This document shows positions 38,825 to 48,939 of a stretch of DNA of 64,000 nt, in pieces. The notes under the pieces are model-generated. The model saw nothing but the letters and a program-made list of their open reading frames with translations, was not told where the DNA came from and made no database searches. Positions within the stretch are counted from its first letter, which is position 1. Each line of letters opens with the position of its first letter. This DNA is from Deltaproteobacteria bacterium (GTDB lineage: Bacteria; Desulfobacterota; JBBIRW01), in the NCBI GenBank assembly GCA_037441565.1, contig JBBIRW010000007.1, forward strand, positions 43,297 through 107,296. The letters run 5' to 3'. A program made the translations under genes and the position numbers.

Positions 38825-40708
38825 TTATGTCCCTTTCACAACGAGAATGGGAATATCACCTATATCATGTTGAACAGCAGAAACTGTTGAACCGTATATC
38901 CAGTCTTTTATGTGCTTGTGACCGTGACTCCCAAGAACAAGGAGATCCAGATTCTCTTCTTTTGCTATTTTTACAACCCCTTTTGCTGCATTTCCAAATC
39001 CTATTCGGAAACTTGCCCTTATTCCCTGTGCCCTGATCTTTTCTGAAAGTTTTATTAGGTAATCCTCGTCCCCTGTTCTCTCCCTATCCTCCGCTGTTCC
39101 GCCCCACACCTGAGCAGTTGCACTCTCAACAATATGAATGAGAACAATCTCTGCATCGTATCTCAGTGCAAGGGCAAGTGCATGTTTGAGTATCTTTTGG
39201 TCCGTTTCCTTCACCTCAAGAGCAACCCCTATCTTCCCATATCCAGTGTCCTCCTGAATGGATGGTATCACGGGTTCCGGTACAGAAGTTGGTCTCCTTT
39301 CTAATAATTTCTTGATAAATGGTCCAAATCCCATATACCCTAATAATAGCATCAAAAACGCACCGATTGGAATTACTATAAAATCAACCCACATAGCTGT
39401 CATCCTCCATTCAGACACCGTCTCCCAGACAAGCCAGAGGTTAAGACCTATGATAAAAAGTGCAACAAGCCATGAGAGGATTCTTACCCATAAAGGGTTG
39501 GCAAATTTACCCATCCATTCACGATCACTTGTAAACTGGATAAGGGGGACAATTGCAAAGGGAAGCTGCAGAGATAGAATTACCTGGCTCAGTATGAGAA
39601 GCCTGTATGTACCATGGCTTCCGCTTATTGCAATAACAATAACTGCGGGGATGACAGCAAGTAATCGAGAAATGAGCCTTCTTGCCCATGGCTGAATCTT
39701 TATCCGAATAAATCCCTCCATTACAATCTGCCCTGCTAGTGTTCCTGTGAGTGTTGAAGATTGACCTGCAGCAAGAAGTGCAACAGCAAAGGCAGTGGAG
39801 GCGAGACCTGTTCCCAGCAGTGGTGAGAGAAGTTCGTGCGCCTGCTGAATTTCAACCACCTGAATGCCTCGAGAATAAAAAACAGAAGATGAGAGAACAA
39901 GTATTGCTGAATTCACAAAGAAAGCGGCATTGAGGGCAATAACAGTATCTATAAGATTAAAGCGCGCTGCCGCCTGGATACCCTTGTCCGTTCGCTCAAC
40001 TGCCCTGCTCTGAACAAGCGCTGAATGAAGGTAAAGGTTGTGCGGCATAACAGTTGCTCCCAGCATGCCAAGTGCAACGTAAAGGCTATCACTATCAATT
40101 GTGGGAATAAAACCACCCATAATTGATCTGAAATCAGGTTTAGCAAGAAAGATCTCAACTACAAAACAACAACCTACAATAAATATCAAACCGAGGATTA
40201 TTCCTTCAAATTTGCGAATACCATATCGTTGAATCAGAAGCAGAAGCATTGTATCAAGAGCTGTTAAACTTACACCGATTATAAGTGGAATTCCAAATAA
40301 GAGATTTAAACCTATCGCTGTTCCAAGGACTTCAGCGAGATCGCATGCGGCTATCGCAAGCTCACAGATGATCCACAGAGGATAGTATACAAAAGGCGGA
40401 TATGCTTCACGACATGCCTGAGCGAGATCGCATCTTGCAACAAGACCCAGACGGGCGGAAAGCGTTTGCAGGAGAACAGCCATCAGATTGCTCGCAAGTA
40501 GAACCCATATGAGCCTGTATCCAAACCTTGCTCCCCCTTCGAGATCCGTCGCCCAGTTACCCGGATCCATGTATCCCACAGAAACAAGATATGCAGGACC
40601 AAGGAAAGCAAAGAGGCGCTTCCACCATTTCCAGTAGTGTGGAATCTTCACTGATTCGTAAATTTCAGGAAGGGATACGGTTTCTGTCTTATTGAATTTC
40701 GACCACAT
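38825..40708 (-). CDS. mntH: NRAMP-family divalent metal transporter with C-terminal UspA domain
   Basis: 627 aa; NRAMP motifs (DPGNWATDLEGG, GATVMPHNLYLHS), then a cytoplasmic universal-stress-protein domain (LVLGSHGH...IPILVV). Confidence 0.8.
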   Translation of the reverse strand: MWSKFNKTETVSLPEIYESVKIPHYWKWWKRLFAFLGPAYLVSVGYMDPGNWATDLEGGARFGYRLIWVLLASNLMAVLLQTLSARLGLVARCDLAQACREAYPPFVYYPLWIICELAIAACDLAEVLGTAIGLNLLFGIPLIIGVSLTALDTMLLLLIQRYGIRKFEGIILGLIFIVGCCFVVEIFLAKPDFRSIMGGFIPTIDSDSLYVALGMLGATVMPHNLYLHSALVQSRAVERTDKGIQAAARFNLIDTVIALNAAFFVNSAILVLSSSVFYSRGIQVVEIQQAHELLSPLLGTGLASTAFAVALLAAGQSSTLTGTLAGQIVMEGFIRIKIQPWARRLISRLLAVIPAVIVIAISGSHGTYRLLILSQVILSLQLPFAIVPLIQFTSDREWMGKFANPLWVRILSWLVALFIIGLNLWLVWETVSEWRMTAMWVDFIVIPIGAFLMLLLGYMGFGPFIKKLLERRPTSVPEPVIPSIQEDTGYGKIGVALEVKETDQKILKHALALALRYDAEIVLIHIVESATAQVWGGTAEDRERTGDEDYLIKLSEKIRAQGIRASFRIGFGNAAKGVVKIAKEENLDLLVLGSHGHKHIKDWIYGSTVSAVQHDIGDIPILVVKGT

Positions 40709-40734
40709 TACTACTCATCATTCTATAAATGTTT

Positions 40735-42048
40735 CTAAACATCAAGAATAACACGCGCTGTCCATCCATTATTATCTTTCCTCACCTCAAGCATGTGCAG
40801 GGTCACTGCCTTCACATCAAGATGAAGTATATGTTTTTCCGGATCGATCCTCTCCCCTGCTGCCTTCATCCTCGCCAGCCAGTTATCACCCTTCCTTCCG
40901 ATTTTCACATTAAACTCTCCAAAGATCAGTTTTTCTGTATCTTTGAAAAAGATTATTTCCTGAAGAAGATTAAAAAGGAGAAGATCCAGTTCTTCAGCCT
41001 CAATCTCTATCAGCCTTCTTTCTTTAAGATCGATTGTGCCTGTTTCAAGTATCATGATATTTGTCGTTGCAAGCGCAGAGGAAATAAAAAGTTCCTCAAT
41101 CGTATCACCCTTTGCCTCAAATGCTACATCGGCTGTAACAAAATCTTCAAGAAATCTGTACTTAAATCTCAATGTCATGTTCTCTAACTGGGAAATAACC
41201 CGATCCTTTATCTCATAAGCTCGATCGCCAATAAATACAAGACGCGTTTCTTCCGATTCAAATTCTTCAAAATCCCATCGATCAGAGACATAATTGAACA
41301 GGTAGGAGCCATCGGGAAATTTTACAAATCCCTTTGCCCTGTATATCTTTCCAGAAAAATCATTTAGCATCTCTTCAAATCTTTCCCTCTGGATTGTCCC
41401 TTTTGTACAGAAAGTAAAGTAATCCATGCTATGTGAGTGATGAACAGCATTTGATAAATATCTTTCTACTCCCATCCCGGATAAAAGCTCTGTATCTATA
41501 TTGCAGAATGAAGTTCTGAAAAGGGTCGCCCTTTTGTTAATCTCTTTTACCTTCTCCTCAACCCCTAAGAGATCTTCTTCATCGACCAGGTCTATCTTGT
41601 TTATCAGAATTACATCGGCTGATTCAATCTGTATCCTCCCTGTATAGCCTGTTTCCGGAAATCTAATCATGGCATCAGCATCAACAACAGTAACTACTGT
41701 ATCAAGCTTCACCATTGTTAGTGCCTCACCTATAATCTCTATGAGTGAATCTGGCTCTGCAAGACCTGTGGTTTCAACAAAAATTATATCAGGCCTTATT
41801 TCATTTACTATCTCCTCAATTGCCGCCTCAAATTCTCCCGATAGTGAACAACATACGCATCCTCCGGCAAGTTCAGCCATCCTTATATTTTTCCCCTCAA
41901 GAACCTTGCCATCTATGGGTATCTCTCCAAATTCGTTTACCACAATGGCGATCTTTTTCCTTGAATCCCTTATGATATTCCTCAGAAGGGTTGTCTTACC
42001 ACTGCCGAGATATCCTGTTATCAAAATAAGAGGTGTTTTTGTGATCAT
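40735..42048 (-). CDS. COG0523/CobW-family GTPase (putative metallochaperone) with extended C-terminus
   Basis: 437 aa; P-loop GYLGSGKTT, GCVCC metal-binding motif, CobW_C-like region plus extra C-terminal sequence. Confidence 0.8.
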   Translation of the reverse strand: MITKTPLILITGYLGSGKTTLLRNIIRDSRKKIAIVVNEFGEIPIDGKVLEGKNIRMAELAGGCVCCSLSGEFEAAIEEIVNEIRPDIIFVETTGLAEPDSLIEIIGEALTMVKLDTVVTVVDADAMIRFPETGYTGRIQIESADVILINKIDLVDEEDLLGVEEKVKEINKRATLFRTSFCNIDTELLSGMGVERYLSNAVHHSHSMDYFTFCTKGTIQRERFEEMLNDFSGKIYRAKGFVKFPDGSYLFNYVSDRWDFEEFESEETRLVFIGDRAYEIKDRVISQLENMTLRFKYRFLEDFVTADVAFEAKGDTIEELFISSALATTNIMILETGTIDLKERRLIEIEAEELDLLLFNLLQEIIFFKDTEKLIFGEFNVKIGRKGDNWLARMKAAGERIDPEKHILHLDVKAVTLHMLEVRKDNNGWTARVILDV

Positions 42049-42108
42049 ATCTATAAAATGGACCTTAAAACCATAAGATCCTGGGCTCTCTTCCTTTTCC
42101 TTTTGTAT

Positions 42109-43611
42109 TTAACCCTTAATGTTTCCAACCGGAATGAATCTCACAACCTTTTTTGAAAGTCCTGCAAGCTCTGTGGTATCGACTACTTCATCTATGTTTT
42201 TGTAAGCAGCACCAGCCTCCTCAGCAAGACCAGAAAAGGACGCCGTTCTTACATAAATACCCGTCTCCTCCATCTTCCTCTGGAGAGCCTTTCCATCAAA
42301 TAGTTTCCTTGCCTTCGTTCTGCTCATTGTCCTTCCACTACCATGTGCTGTTGAAAAGAAACTCTTTGTTCCCGAACCTATCCCCGCAAGTAGATAGCTC
42401 CCCGTCTCCATACTTCCGCCAATAATAACAGGCTGACCTGTTTCCTTATATATACCAGGCAATCCTTCCATTCCAGGAGCAAAGGCTCGTGTAGCTCCCT
42501 TTCTGTGAACAATAAGCTGCATCTCCTTTCCATTAACAAAATGTTTTTCAAGCTTTGCTGTATTGTGTGAAACATCGTAAACCATTTGCATCCCGAGCTT
42601 CCTTGCATCCTCCTTGAATACCTTTTCAAAAACCTCTCTTATTCTATGGGTTATTACCTGTCTGTTTGCAAATGACATATTTATCCCGCACTTCATGGCG
42701 GCGAAATAATCCTGACCTTCAGGGGAATCAAAGGGTGCACAGGCAAGTTCCCTATCCCTCACACTAATTCCATATTTCTTCTCCATAACCTTAAGAAAAA
42801 TTTGAAGATAATCAGTTGCAACCTGATGCCCGAATCCACGACTACCACAGTGAAACATCACTACAACCTGATCAGGTATTGATATACCGAAGATCTTTGC
42901 CAGTCTTTCATCGTATATGTTTTCCGGTTTCGCTATCTGAATCTCAAGATAGTGATTGCCTGATCCAAGGGTTCCAATTTGATTTATGCCCCTTTCAACT
43001 GCCTTCTCACTGATCTTTGATGGATCCGCACCCTGAATACACCCCCCTTCTTCTGTCCTTTCAAGATCCTCCTCCCAGCCAAAACCCTTTCTTACACACC
43101 ACCTTGCCCCTTCAGAAAGGACCTCCATGAATTCATTTCTATTAAGTTTCAGAAATCCGGTGCTTCCCACACCACATGGAACCCTCTCAAATAATAGATC
43201 AACAATCTCCTTGATCCTTGGTTTAATATCATTAAATGTCAGGGAAGTAAGGACAAGCCTCATTCCACAGTTTATATCAAAACCAATACCACCCGGTGAT
43301 ATTACACCTACCTTGGCATCCATTGCAGCAACACCACCGATGGGAAATCCATAGCCGGAATGTGCATCTGGCATGCAGAGGGCGTAATTTACAATACCCG
43401 GAAGTGTTGCTACATTTGTTATCTGTTCAAAGACCTGCCAGTCCATCTCGCTTATCAGCTTCTCTGTTCCATATATCCTGGCTGGAGCTCGCATCCCATC
43501 CTTGAACTCCTCAGGGATCTCATAGATAAAATCGCTTATCCTTCTGAATGGTATCGGATGTGCCATAAAGACCTCCCTCAGTAAATAACTTAAACCCTCA
43601 TATGTGGACAT
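42109..43611 (-). CDS. rtcB: RNA-splicing ligase RtcB
   Basis: 500 aa ORF; conserved RtcB segments (CMPDAHSGYGFPIGGV, HCGSRGFGHQ); start may be the internal ATG near 43566. Confidence 0.85.
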   Translation of the reverse strand: MSTYEGLSYLLREVFMAHPIPFRRISDFIYEIPEEFKDGMRAPARIYGTEKLISEMDWQVFEQITNVATLPGIVNYALCMPDAHSGYGFPIGGVAAMDAKVGVISPGGIGFDINCGMRLVLTSLTFNDIKPRIKEIVDLLFERVPCGVGSTGFLKLNRNEFMEVLSEGARWCVRKGFGWEEDLERTEEGGCIQGADPSKISEKAVERGINQIGTLGSGNHYLEIQIAKPENIYDERLAKIFGISIPDQVVVMFHCGSRGFGHQVATDYLQIFLKVMEKKYGISVRDRELACAPFDSPEGQDYFAAMKCGINMSFANRQVITHRIREVFEKVFKEDARKLGMQMVYDVSHNTAKLEKHFVNGKEMQLIVHRKGATRAFAPGMEGLPGIYKETGQPVIIGGSMETGSYLLAGIGSGTKSFFSTAHGSGRTMSRTKARKLFDGKALQRKMEETGIYVRTASFSGLAEEAGAAYKNIDEVVDTTELAGLSKKVVRFIPVGNIKG

Positions 43612-44692
43612 TCAAGCATCCCTATTTTCTGGTATATTAGTGAGTATGATAGTGATAGATGGAAGCTATGGTGAAGGTGGAGGGCAGATCCTGAGAACCG
43701 CACTCAGTATCTCCTGTATAACAGGAAAACCCTTCAGAATATTTAACATAAGGAAGGGGAGGGAAAAACCAGGCCTCATGCCTCAGCATCTCGCCTCCAT
43801 AATGGCAGCAAGGGAGATCTCTGATGCAGATATTGAAGGAGCTTTCATAGGCTCAACAGAACTGATCTTTTCACCCCGAAGGATAAAGGCAGGAGAGTAC
43901 TCATTTAATATAGGTACCGCTGGATCAACAATACTGCTTCTTCAGACCCTCATACCTCCTCTTATCTTTGCTGGAGATCTATCAAGGATCTTAATAAAGG
44001 GCGGAACGCATGTGCCTTTCAGTCCCATTTACGATTATACGGAGAAAGTGTTTGCAGAGTTCTTAAACATGTTAGGAATCAGGATCAGTTTAAGGATCAG
44101 ATCATACGGCTTCTACCCTAAAGGAGGTGGTTCAATAGAGGCTGAAATATATCCTGTAGAGTCGATCTTACCAATAGAGATTCTCGAGAAGGGGAGGTTA
44201 AAAAGGATCGGAGGCTGTTCATCCGTTGCCAATCTCCCCATATCCATTGCAGAGAGACAGCGCACATCCGCTATTAAATATATGAAAGAAAGACTCGGTG
44301 ATGAAGTTCCCATTCATCTTGAAACTATGAATGTTCCAACCCCATCTGAGGGAACATTTCTATTCCTCAAGTGCGAATTTGATCTTTCTATTGCAGGTTT
44401 CTCTTCCCTTGGAAGGAGGGGAAAGAGTGCGGAAAAGGTCGGTGAGGAAGCTGCCTCAGGGCTGATATCATTTCTCAGAACTGATGGTGCAATTGATCCC
44501 CATCTTGCTGACCAGATAGTTCTCTATCTCTCAATGGCCTCAGCTCCATCCCGATTCACTGTATCCTCCATAACGGATCACCTGTTAACGAATCTCTACA
44601 CAATAAGGCATTTCTTTAAAATTAGATACTCCGTTAATGGAGAAAAGGGAGGAGTTGGCCTGATTGAAATAAATCCTGTTCTTCAAAATTAA
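43604..44692 (+). CDS. rtcA: RNA 3'-terminal phosphate cyclase RtcA
   Basis: 362 aa ORF; RtcA N-terminal motif ([19 protein letters not shown]); start may be the internal ATG near 43646. Confidence 0.8.
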   Translation: MDIQASLFSGILVSMIVIDGSYGEGGGQILRTALSISCITGKPFRIFNIRKGREKPGLMPQHLASIMAAREISDADIEGAFIGSTELIFSPRRIKAGEYSFNIGTAGSTILLLQTLIPPLIFAGDLSRILIKGGTHVPFSPIYDYTEKVFAEFLNMLGIRISLRIRSYGFYPKGGGSIEAEIYPVESILPIEILEKGRLKRIGGCSSVANLPISIAERQRTSAIKYMKERLGDEVPIHLETMNVPTPSEGTFLFLKCEFDLSIAGFSSLGRRGKSAEKVGEEAASGLISFLRTDGAIDPHLADQIVLYLSMASAPSRFTVSSITDHLLTNLYTIRHFFKIRYSVNGEKGGVGLIEINPVLQN

Positions 44693-45582
44693 AGATCGAT
44701 CAGCATGGAGAGGAATATCAATGAGAGATAAACTATCGAATATCTGAAAAGCGTCCTGTCAATTTTCTTTCCTGACAGTTTCATAAAAAAGATAACAAAA
44801 TATATTACATTGAGAAGAATAGAAACCCAGAGGTAAAATGATCCGCAAAATTCTAAAACGAATGGAAGTATGCTTGCCATTGAAAGAAGAACAAGATAGA
44901 TTAACATTAATTCTGATGTCTTCCTTTCGGATATAGCAGGCATTACAGGTATTCCTGCTTTTATATAATCATCTCTGTAGAGACTTGCAAATGACCAGAA
45001 GTGAAGAGGTTGCCAGATCAGGATAATCAGGAATAAAACAAACGCCTCAGCATCAATACCGTTCTTAACCGCAGCGCATCCTATAAGCGGTGGAAGGGCT
45101 CCCGCAATACCGCCAATCTCAGTAGCATGCGGAGTTTTTCTTTTTAGAAATCTTGTATAGAGAAAATAGTAGATGAATGCACCGATCATGGATAGAAATG
45201 CTGACAGTAAATTCACAAAAATGGATAGAAAAATGAATGATAGAATTATGAGAAGCATGCCGAATTTTGTTGCACTCCTTATATCAATTCTTCCGAGAGG
45301 TATTGGCCTGTTTTTTGTCCTTTCCATAACTGCATCTATATCTGCATCATAGCAGTTGTTTAATATTGTTGAGCCGGAGCAGCAAAGTGCAAGACCGGTT
45401 AATGTCCAGAACAGGAGCGATGTATTTATCGCCCCCTTTGATGCAATCCATATACTGGAAAAGGCTGTAATGAGCATAAGGAGTGTTATGCCAGGACCTG
45501 TTACTGAAATATAGTCCCGGAAAACACCCCTTCCAATGCTTTGAGAAACAATAACCCTACTTCTTAGCCCTTCCGTATTCAT
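44689..45582 (-). CDS. ctaB: protoheme IX farnesyltransferase (heme O synthase, UbiA family)
   Basis: UbiA-type polytopic protein with Asp-rich motif (NCYDADIDAVMERTKNRP); start set at internal ATG 45582 to limit overlap with coxI. Confidence 0.8.
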   Translation of the reverse strand: MNTEGLRSRVIVSQSIGRGVFRDYISVTGPGITLLMLITAFSSIWIASKGAINTSLLFWTLTGLALCCSGSTILNNCYDADIDAVMERTKNRPIPLGRIDIRSATKFGMLLIILSFIFLSIFVNLLSAFLSMIGAFIYYFLYTRFLKRKTPHATEIGGIAGALPPLIGCAAVKNGIDAEAFVLFLIILIWQPLHFWSFASLYRDDYIKAGIPVMPAISERKTSELMLIYLVLLSMASILPFVLEFCGSFYLWVSILLNVIYFVIFFMKLSGKKIDRTLFRYSIVYLSLIFLSMLIDL

Positions 45583-47134
45583 AAGGTCCTGATGTAACAA
45601 CAGGTATCCTTTCGAAATTATAACATGGCGGTGGGGAAGGAATCGTCCATTCAAGCGATAGTGCATTCCATGGATTATCAGACGCCTTTTCCCCCACAAA
45701 CGCTGAACGAACAACATTGAAAACGGAAAGCAGGAAACCAGCTATCAGTATATACCCTCCGATAACTGTTACCCTGAATAGCACAGTAAACTCTGGAGGA
45801 TAGCTCCAGTACCTCCTCGGCATGCCCATGAGTCCCAGCTGGAAAAGGGGTATGAAAGCGAAAAGGGAACCGATCATGATCAGCCAGAATGAAAGCCTTG
45901 CCATGCGCTCATTATACATGCGCCCTGTGAATTTTGGAAACCAGAAATAAATACCCGCAAAAGCCACAGATGTCATGGCAAGTGATAGAACCATATGGAA
46001 ATGGGCAACAACCCAGTATGTATCATGAACATGGAGGTCAATTGCAATAAGCCCATTTCCAACGCCCGTAACACCGCCGATAACAAAAAGACTTATAAAA
46101 CCTATCACATAGAGCATAGGCGCCCTGAATTCTATTGCTCCCCTATGCATCGTTCCAAGCCAGTTGAATACCTTTATACCCGTTGGAACAGCAATGAGTA
46201 TTGTAAGCATCGATTGCATGATCCTTGCCCAATCCTCTACACCTTTTGTGAATAGATGATGAATCCATACGGAAAACCCGAGGATGGTAATTGACATAAT
46301 TGCAATGACCATACTCCTGTATCCAAATATCTTTTTCCTTGAAAAGGTTGATACAATTTCCGATACAATTCCAAATGCAGGAAGCGCAACAACATAAACA
46401 GCAGGGTGTCCGTAAAACCAGAATAGATGCTGATAAAGCATCGGAGATCCACCCATTGAAGGATTATAGAAATTTGTTCCCAAGTATCGATCAAAAAGAA
46501 GGAGTGTTACAGCTCCCGCAAGAACAGGTATTCCAAAAAGCTGAATTATAAAAGCACTGAGCATCCCCCATATAGCGAGATTGAGTCTTCCCCATGTCAT
46601 ACCTGGTGCCCTCATACAGATTATAGTTGTTATAAAGTTCACAGCAGATGCGAGGGCAGATCCACCGAGAAGATGAACGGAGAAAACATAAAGCGAAGTA
46701 TTCGCATCCGTGATTATTGAATACGGTGGATAACCTGTCCAGCCGATATCGATCCTTCCAGGTGTTACGAGTGCAAGAACTGCCATAACCGTTGCACCTG
46801 CAAAAAGCCAGTAGCTCAGGGCATTGAGCCTTGGAAATGCAACATCCTTTGCACCTATCATAAGCGGGATAAGGAGATTGGCAAAGAAACCTGTAAAAAC
46901 TGGAATCATCCACCATAAAATCATTGCTGCTCCATGAATTGTGAAGAATACATTGTATGTTTTTGCACCTATTATATCCATTCCTGGGGACCACTGTTCT
47001 GCCTTAATAAAGATGGCAAGGATAAGTCCGAGCACAAAAGCAGTAAGACTTGTTATAAGATAGAGAACTGCAATCCTTTTATGGTCTGTTGTAAATATCC
47101 ATTCCTTTATACTAAAGCCCTTTTTTTCTGACAT
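45557..47134 (-). CDS. ctaD: cytochrome c oxidase subunit I (second copy)
   Basis: 525 aa; GHPAVYVVALP and WIHHLF motifs; 12 TM. Confidence 0.9.
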   Translation of the reverse strand: MSEKKGFSIKEWIFTTDHKRIAVLYLITSLTAFVLGLILAIFIKAEQWSPGMDIIGAKTYNVFFTIHGAAMILWWMIPVFTGFFANLLIPLMIGAKDVAFPRLNALSYWLFAGATVMAVLALVTPGRIDIGWTGYPPYSIITDANTSLYVFSVHLLGGSALASAVNFITTIICMRAPGMTWGRLNLAIWGMLSAFIIQLFGIPVLAGAVTLLLFDRYLGTNFYNPSMGGSPMLYQHLFWFYGHPAVYVVALPAFGIVSEIVSTFSRKKIFGYRSMVIAIMSITILGFSVWIHHLFTKGVEDWARIMQSMLTILIAVPTGIKVFNWLGTMHRGAIEFRAPMLYVIGFISLFVIGGVTGVGNGLIAIDLHVHDTYWVVAHFHMVLSLAMTSVAFAGIYFWFPKFTGRMYNERMARLSFWLIMIGSLFAFIPLFQLGLMGMPRRYWSYPPEFTVLFRVTVIGGYILIAGFLLSVFNVVRSAFVGEKASDNPWNALSLEWTIPSPPPCYNFERIPVVTSGPYEYGRAKK

Positions 47135-47150
47135 ATAAAATCACCTCCAG

Positions 47151-48926
47151 TTATTTCAGCGATTTAAGATATGCGATTATGGAATATATCTGTCTTTCGG
47201 AAAGCCTGTATGGTGGCATTGCTGCAGGATAACCTTTAACAATCTTCTCTGAGGGATAAAGTATTGAGTGTTCTATATACTCCTCATCAACCTTCATGCT
47301 TCCACCATCCTCGAACCTTGTTTCCCTCCCAAATATTCCTTTAAATGTTGGACCTGTTGATTCCTCCCCCGTAACTGTGTGACATCCCAGACATCCCAGG
47401 ATCTCAACAAGCCTCCTTCCCTCATTGATATCGGGTAAAGCTTCTCCCTCACTCTTCGCCTTTGATATCCATGCATTGAAATCCTCCCTCTTCATTGCTA
47501 TCACCTTTGCAATCATCATAGAATGACCATTTCCGCAGAACTCCGTGCAGAATGCCCTGTATAATCCTGGCTTTTCCGCATTAAACCACAGATACGTTAT
47601 CCTTCCCGGAATTGCTTCCTCCTGAATATGGAAATCTGGAAGGAAAAATCCATGAAGCACATCCCTGCTTGTAAGGCTGATCCTTACAGGAATTCCGGCA
47701 GGAATAACAATCTCATTTACCCCTTTTATTCCTTCAGGGTAGGTAACATTCCATCCCCACATGAACCCCTCGACGCTGATCTCATATGCATTGGATGGAA
47801 CACCTCTGAATTTCTGATAAATACTCCATGTCTGGATCCCTAAGAAAATAACAATCACAAGAGGAATAACAGTCCATATAATTTCAACAAGTGAATTCCC
47901 CTCAATGTAATCCCCTTCTTCCCTTCCTCTTCCCTTTCTGTAACGGATGCAAATATAAATTAACGGAATCGTTACAACTAACCAGACGGCGAACATAAGT
48001 ATAAGATAGATACCGAAGTGCTGATCCCACAGCCTCGATGGATTGCTTGCATCAGATGCGAGTGCATCTTTTCCGGAAATGAAAGTTATGAAAGGGATCA
48101 GTAGCAGTAACTCTGATCTCCTTTTCTTTACATAAATAACAATGGAGAGCAACCCGGTAATAACCCCCATAAAAATTCCAGCTGCAATAAAAAGAAGCGG
48201 AATGTTTATCACATATGTTCGTGATCCTGGATCGTATTTATAGCATGCAAATGTAATCATGCTCGCTATCGAAACACTTCCAGAAATCCCCTTCATTGAT
48301 TCAAGTATTGCTAACCGAACGTTGAATGGATCAGGTTTTGATCCATAAAGATATCTTGTTATCCTTCCTTCGGGAGAGATAAATATGTAAACAGATGGAT
48401 GTACAAACATTCCATCTTGAATTGAATAGAAGAACCGATATCCCGTGCTCTCGACCAGCTTATTTATATTTTCATCTGTCGTTGTTGCAAATTTCCATTG
48501 ATTAAATACTTCTGATCTCTTTTTATTAAAAACTCTTTCATAGAATTCTAATGCTTTTGATGGTGTATCCTTGCTGTTAAAGCTCAAAATAAGAACATGG
48601 TAATCTTTTCCATTTTTTAAATCCCTTATCTCATTCAATGCATCAAAAAGTCCCTCAACAAGAAGCGGGCAGATATGTGGACAATCATAATAAACAAGCG
48701 TAAGGATCAGGACTTTGCCCTTGAATTGCGAAATAGAAAATTCTTTCCTGCTTTTATCCGTAAAAGTTATTTCTGCAACGGATCTTCCGAGATGTTTTTC
48801 TTCTTCTATCTTTAAAATCGCCGGATTGAAATCCGAGGTTGATATAGTAGGAATCTTTGCCTCTAAATCAGCATTAAATGAAAGTATAAAGAAGATCAAA
48901 ATAACCAATCTTCCAATCGATACCAT
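47151..48926 (-). CDS. SCO1/SenC domain fused to cytochrome c oxidase subunit II with C-terminal cytochrome c domain
   Basis: 591-aa single frame: signal peptide, SCO1-like thioredoxin domain (CPHICP, YDPGSRTYV + TM), two CoxII TM helices, cupredoxin domain with CuA site (FCTEFCGNGHSMM), C-terminal heme c motif CLGCH. Confidence 0.8.
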   Translation of the reverse strand: MVSIGRLVILIFFILSFNADLEAKIPTISTSDFNPAILKIEEEKHLGRSVAEITFTDKSRKEFSISQFKGKVLILTLVYYDCPHICPLLVEGLFDALNEIRDLKNGKDYHVLILSFNSKDTPSKALEFYERVFNKKRSEVFNQWKFATTTDENINKLVESTGYRFFYSIQDGMFVHPSVYIFISPEGRITRYLYGSKPDPFNVRLAILESMKGISGSVSIASMITFACYKYDPGSRTYVINIPLLFIAAGIFMGVITGLLSIVIYVKKRRSELLLLIPFITFISGKDALASDASNPSRLWDQHFGIYLILMFAVWLVVTIPLIYICIRYRKGRGREEGDYIEGNSLVEIIWTVIPLVIVIFLGIQTWSIYQKFRGVPSNAYEISVEGFMWGWNVTYPEGIKGVNEIVIPAGIPVRISLTSRDVLHGFFLPDFHIQEEAIPGRITYLWFNAEKPGLYRAFCTEFCGNGHSMMIAKVIAMKREDFNAWISKAKSEGEALPDINEGRRLVEILGCLGCHTVTGEESTGPTFKGIFGRETRFEDGGSMKVDEEYIEHSILYPSEKIVKGYPAAMPPYRLSERQIYSIIAYLKSLK

Positions 48927-48939
48927 TTTTTCCTCCTCA

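Noticed and set aside
46491-46994. 167-aa Cys-rich ORF inside the coxI region on the same strand
   Set aside because: Lies entirely within the second coxI gene in a different frame; composition atypical of real proteins; CoxI motifs support the 45557-47134 frame.
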